In this document: piece by piece, positions 16,769 to 20,000 of the stretch
Layout of the letters: each line of letters opens with the position of its first letter
Numbering within the stretch: the stretch's first letter is position 1
IMG/VR virus record: IMGVR_UViG_3300023175_000022
DNA: 20,000 bases
From: an uncultured virus (IMG/VR IMGVR_UViG_3300023175_000022)
Taxonomy: Duplodnaviria > Heunggongvirae > Uroviricota > Caudoviricetes
Reading direction: 5' to 3' (one strand)
Translations under genes and position numbers: made by a program
The notes under the pieces: generated by a model
What the model was told of the DNA's origin: nothing
The model's input: only the letters and a program-made list of their open reading frames with translations
The model's database searches: none

Positions 16769-18331
16769 ATGGCAATTAATTTTCCAGACAATCCAACAGA
16801 CGGCGATACACACGCTGGATTTACTTGGAACGCTACAACAGGAGCGTGGCAATCTGCTGCGTATCACACAGCAACTGGAAATACAGCACCAACAAATCCA
16901 CAAAGTGGTGATCAATGGTTTGACACATCAGACGGAACCCTATACGTTTATTTTAATGATGGTTCATCGTCACAGTGGGTCGGCGTATCAGGACCGCAAG
17001 GGCCAGCGGGAGCAACTGGAATCGATGGTGTTGACGGATCATCAGTAACGAGTTATGCAAATACTAGTTTATTTCCTTTATCAAATAATTCTGCAGGTGA
17101 TTTTGCCTTTACTACAGATACAAAAGCATTGTATATGTGGGATGGTAGTGTATGGGATAGAATATCAACGGGTGTAGATGAAACTCCAGAATGGACGACA
17201 GAACCAAACTCAAGTTATGATTTAAACGCAGATGGTACAAATACTAGTATTACAATAGCAGCTTCTGATCCTGAAGGATTTCCAATTACATATAGTTTTG
17301 ATACAAATCCTACGAATCAACCTCAAGCGACTATCACAAATAATGGCGGTGTTTTTAATTTTGTGCCTAGTACAAATACTGCACACGATGGTAGTTTTAC
17401 CATGAGATTTAAAGCATCAGATGGTGTAAATATAACAACTAGATCATCTACAATGAATCTTACGTTCTTCGAATCACAATTAATGGCAGAAGTATATAAT
17501 GATTCTTATTCAGCAGCAAACACCGGCAGCTTTACGGTACCAGATGGAGCTACGAAAGTATATTTCTTCGCATGCGCTGGAGGTGGATCTAGCGGTTATA
17601 GAACAAATCAAGATGGTGGTCATGGCGCAGGTGGAGGTGGTGCTGCAAATATTTCAGGATTCCAAGTAGCAGCATCTCCTGGAGATGTATTTGATTATTC
17701 TGTTGGTCAGGGTGGATCATTCGATAGCGGTAGCGGAGGAGCGACTACTGTTAGCCGATCATCTGTAACACTACTGCAATTAGGTGGTGGAAGTGGAGGT
17801 TCTGATGGTGTTGGAGGTGGAGGTGGTGCTGGCGGAGCTGGTGGCACCGTGATTACCGGTACTGGTGTAGCTGGAGGTGCTGGTGGAGTAGGCGGAACTC
17901 GAGGAGGCACGGCAGCTGCAAATGGAGGTAGTACTACAGATGGAACAGGCGGAGGTGGCGGAGGAGGTTATCATCTCGCCGGACAAGGCGGTACTGGAGG
18001 TTCGTCTACAATCAGCGTATCAACTTGGACATACGGTAATATTAGTATAGCATTTAACGGAGGTTCTGGCGGCGGTCCAGGTACAAACGGAAATCCAGGA
18101 ACTGCTGGTACTAGCATACCATTGGCTGAAGCTGGTTTTGGTGTTGCGCAAGATGGAAATACTGGTGCCGGTGCAGGTGCTGGTCGCGGTATACAACCAG
18201 TCGTCAATGGAACTGCAGCTACTTATTTTCATGGCGGTGGAGGTGGTGGTATACAATCATATATTGTAGGACGAAATATTGACGGCCGCGGTGGTGGCGG
18301 ATTCTTAATTGCAGTCGCAACTAAAACTTAG
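16769..18331 (+). CDS. Adhesin-like fibre: NFP module, GDQWFD module, mini-collagen, Ig-like domain and glycine-rich domain (520 aa)
   Basis: MAINFPDNPTDGD; GPQGPAGATGIDGVDG; ASDPEGFPITYS; GSFTVPDGATKVYFFACAGGG...VGQGG Gly-rich domain start. Confidence 0.85.
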   Translation: MAINFPDNPTDGDTHAGFTWNATTGAWQSAAYHTATGNTAPTNPQSGDQWFDTSDGTLYVYFNDGSSSQWVGVSGPQGPAGATGIDGVDGSSVTSYANTSLFPLSNNSAGDFAFTTDTKALYMWDGSVWDRISTGVDETPEWTTEPNSSYDLNADGTNTSITIAASDPEGFPITYSFDTNPTNQPQATITNNGGVFNFVPSTNTAHDGSFTMRFKASDGVNITTRSSTMNLTFFESQLMAEVYNDSYSAANTGSFTVPDGATKVYFFACAGGGSSGYRTNQDGGHGAGGGGAANISGFQVAASPGDVFDYSVGQGGSFDSGSGGATTVSRSSVTLLQLGGGSGGSDGVGGGGGAGGAGGTVITGTGVAGGAGGVGGTRGGTAAANGGSTTDGTGGGGGGGYHLAGQGGTGGSSTISVSTWTYGNISIAFNGGSGGGPGTNGNPGTAGTSIPLAEAGFGVAQDGNTGAGAGAGRGIQPVVNGTAATYFHGGGGGGIQSYIVGRNIDGRGGGGFLIAVATKT

Positions 18332-18339
18332 GAATAATA

Positions 18340-20000
18340 ATGGCATATAATTTTCCAAATAGTCCAAACAACGGAGATACGGTAGTCGTCAATGGCTCTA
18401 CCTATACCTATGCTTCTGCAACAAATACTTGGAAAACAACTGCATCTTCAGGCGGTGGAGGTGGTGCATCAGTTACATCATCAGACACTGCACCTACTAG
18501 TCCATCTGATGGAGATTTGTGGTGGAATTCTGCTGAAGCAATCATGTATGTCTATTATGATGATGGATCTTCATCGCAGTGGGTTAGTACGAGTACTCCT
18601 GGACCTCGTGGAGAATCAGGTCTTAATGTCACTACGTCAAATACTGCACCGTCTTCTCCTACAGCAGGTCAATTTTGGTGGAACACAGACGTCAATCGAT
18701 TATACATCTATTACACTGACGCAGATTCTAGTCAATGGGTACAAGCGACTACTCCAGGTGCCGATGGGGTTGATGGTGCTGACGGTAGTTCAGTAACTTC
18801 GTACGCTAATACTAGTTCTTTTCCTTCTTCTAATAATACAGTGGGTGATTTTGCTTTTGCGACTGATAAGAAAACATTATATACATGGGACGGTACTGAA
18901 TGGGATCGTATAGCTCATGGAAATGACGAAAGCCCTGTAATAATCACTGAACCACCGACTACGAGTGATTTAAATAATGACGGCACCACGAGCACAATCA
19001 CAATGGTTGCGCAAGATCCAGAAGGTTTTGATGTTACATATGGTATTGCATATAAAACGGCTGGTAACGCGTTACCAAATCAATTAGCATCAGCAACTAC
19101 AGTTAATGCAAATGGCGAATTTACTTTTACGCCTACGTCTAATACATCAAATGCAGGATCGTTTAGAGCTAGATTGAGTGCATCAGACGGTGCTAGAACT
19201 ACGACTCGTTTTGTAGATTTTAGTTTAGCATTCGCTGCGACAGTAGATTATCTTGTAGTTGCAGGCGGCGGCGCAGGTGGTGGTGTAAATAACGGCGCCG
19301 GTTGTGGTGGCGGCGGTGCTGGAGGATATATTTACACTACTGGAGCATCTTTTAATAATGGTACAACTTTTAATATTACAGTTGGTGCTGGAGGAACAGA
19401 TACCGTAAAAACTACCGGTGGAAATGGAGCAAATTCTTCTATTTCAGCTGCAGGATTTACAACTGTCACCGCAATAGGCGGAGGTGGTGGAGGCGGCGGT
19501 TCCTCTGGAGTAGCAGCAAGTGGTGGTTCAGGTGGCGGCTCCGCATACAATAGTGCTAGCTTTGGTACTGGCACAGCAGGACAAGGTAATGATGGTGGTA
19601 GTAATGGTTCTGGTACGAGTAACTATCCAGCCGGCGGTGGTGGTGGAGCAGGAGCTGTTGGTGGCACTGCATCTGGTTCTACTGGTGGTGCCGGCGGTGA
19701 TGGTTTGCAAAACTCTATTACAGGAACACCAACTTATTATGCCGGCGGCGGCGGTGGAGCAAGTCGCGGAACTGGAGGTGCTGGAGGTCTAGGAGGCGGA
19801 GCAGATGGACGTGGTAATCAAAATAATGCTAGTGGCTATGGAGCTACTCCTAATACTGGTGGTGGTGGAGGCGGCGCGCAAGGTAATGCTTTAGGAGGTC
19901 CAGGAGGTTCTGGAATTGTAATTATTAGAACTACAGCAACAGCTGCATCAACTACTGGTTCTCCGACAGTCACTACAGATGGATCGTACAACATTTATAG
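18340..20000 (+). CDS. Adhesin-like fibre (>553 aa, 3'-truncated; absent from the ORF track): NFP module, two GDLWW-type modules, Ig-like domain and glycine-rich domain
   Basis: AGGA SD overlaps the upstream TAG (18329-18333), with ATG at 18340. Open frame to the window end: MAYNFPNSPNNGDTVVVNGSTYTY...GDLWWNS...AQDPEGFDVTY...DYLVVAGGGAGGG...YYAGGGGG...GGSGIVIIR...TTDGSYNIY. Confidence 0.92.
   Translation, partial: MAYNFPNSPNNGDTVVVNGSTYTYASATNTWKTTASSGGGGGASVTSSDTAPTSPSDGDLWWNSAEAIMYVYYDDGSSSQWVSTSTPGPRGESGLNVTTSNTAPSSPTAGQFWWNTDVNRLYIYYTDADSSQWVQATTPGADGVDGADGSSVTSYANTSSFPSSNNTVGDFAFATDKKTLYTWDGTEWDRIAHGNDESPVIITEPPTTSDLNNDGTTSTITMVAQDPEGFDVTYGIAYKTAGNALPNQLASATTVNANGEFTFTPTSNTSNAGSFRARLSASDGARTTTRFVDFSLAFAATVDYLVVAGGGAGGGVNNGAGCGGGGAGGYIYTTGASFNNGTTFNITVGAGGTDTVKTTGGNGANSSISAAGFTTVTAIGGGGGGGGSSGVAASGGSGGGSAYNSASFGTGTAGQGNDGGSNGSGTSNYPAGGGGGAGAVGGTASGSTGGAGGDGLQNSITGTPTYYAGGGGGASRGTGGAGGLGGGADGRGNQNNASGYGATPNTGGGGGGAQGNALGGPGGSGIVIIRTTATAASTTGSPTVTTDGSYNIY

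Noticed and set aside
15613..17159. Diversity-generating retroelement TR/VR pair
   Set aside because: The repeats are short, both copies are coding and mid-gene, there is no pattern of adenine-specific mismatches, and no reverse transcriptase is present in the window.
979..18256. Numerous short minus-strand and alternative-frame ORFs (e.g. 979..1200, 13054..13389, 14684..15166, 17707..17910)
   Set aside because: All lie inside long + strand genes with coherent domain content. The Pro-rich or Thr/Ser-rich products are mirror images of Gly-rich codons.
18392..19792. Track ORFs 18392..18796 (+), 19520..19792 (+), 19332..19574 (-) and 19528..19710 (-)
   Set aside because: Out-of-frame or antisense shadows of the real gene starting at 18340, which the track missed because it has no stop in the window.
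19998..20000. Terminal TAG as the stop of the last gene
   Set aside because: It is out of frame (codons read ...AAC ATT TAT AG-), so the gene continues past the window.
1..20000. Eukaryotic or bacterial chromosomal origin (collagen, cadherin-like and ALK-like Gly-rich domains)
   Set aside because: Intron-free, overlapping genes with SD sequences, no signal peptides, phage fibre motifs and a T4 late promoter all point to a phage. The specific phage and host could not be assigned.

Overview
A gene-dense stretch of a large tailed-phage genome, coded entirely on the + strand, most likely a T4-like aquatic myovirus. The basis for that call is the T4 gp34-type fibre repeat, cyanophage-type fibre motifs and an intergenic T4 late-promoter consensus TATAAATA; the host cannot be determined from this window. 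It is a late structural cluster of 15 tightly packed genes: a 5'-truncated collagen-like fibre, a coiled-coil fibre, two diverged copies of a four-gene cassette separated by a 2OG-Fe(II) oxygenase, a 1067-aa repeat fibre, and three paralogous Ig-like plus glycine-rich adhesin genes (the last is 3'-truncated and missing from the ORF track). Each cassette consists of a fibre with a shared C-terminal domain, a 79-aa acidic protein, a ~600-aa beta-rich protein and a ~380-aa LamG-like protein ending in a Gly linker and a Trp-containing tail. The most notable observations are: (i) the duplicated cassette, which looks like a modular, swappable adhesin system; (ii) an intact amicyanin-type blue-copper motif (H...CxxHxxM) in a fibre protein, apparently nested inside a second degenerate cupredoxin-like domain; (iii) shared N-terminal and internal modules, plus short exact DNA identities between paralogues, pointing to domain shuffling; (iv) an oxygenase embedded among collagen/fibre genes. 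No RNA genes, CRISPR array, mobile element or DGR were seen. All family assignments come from motif recognition by eye, not from database searches.
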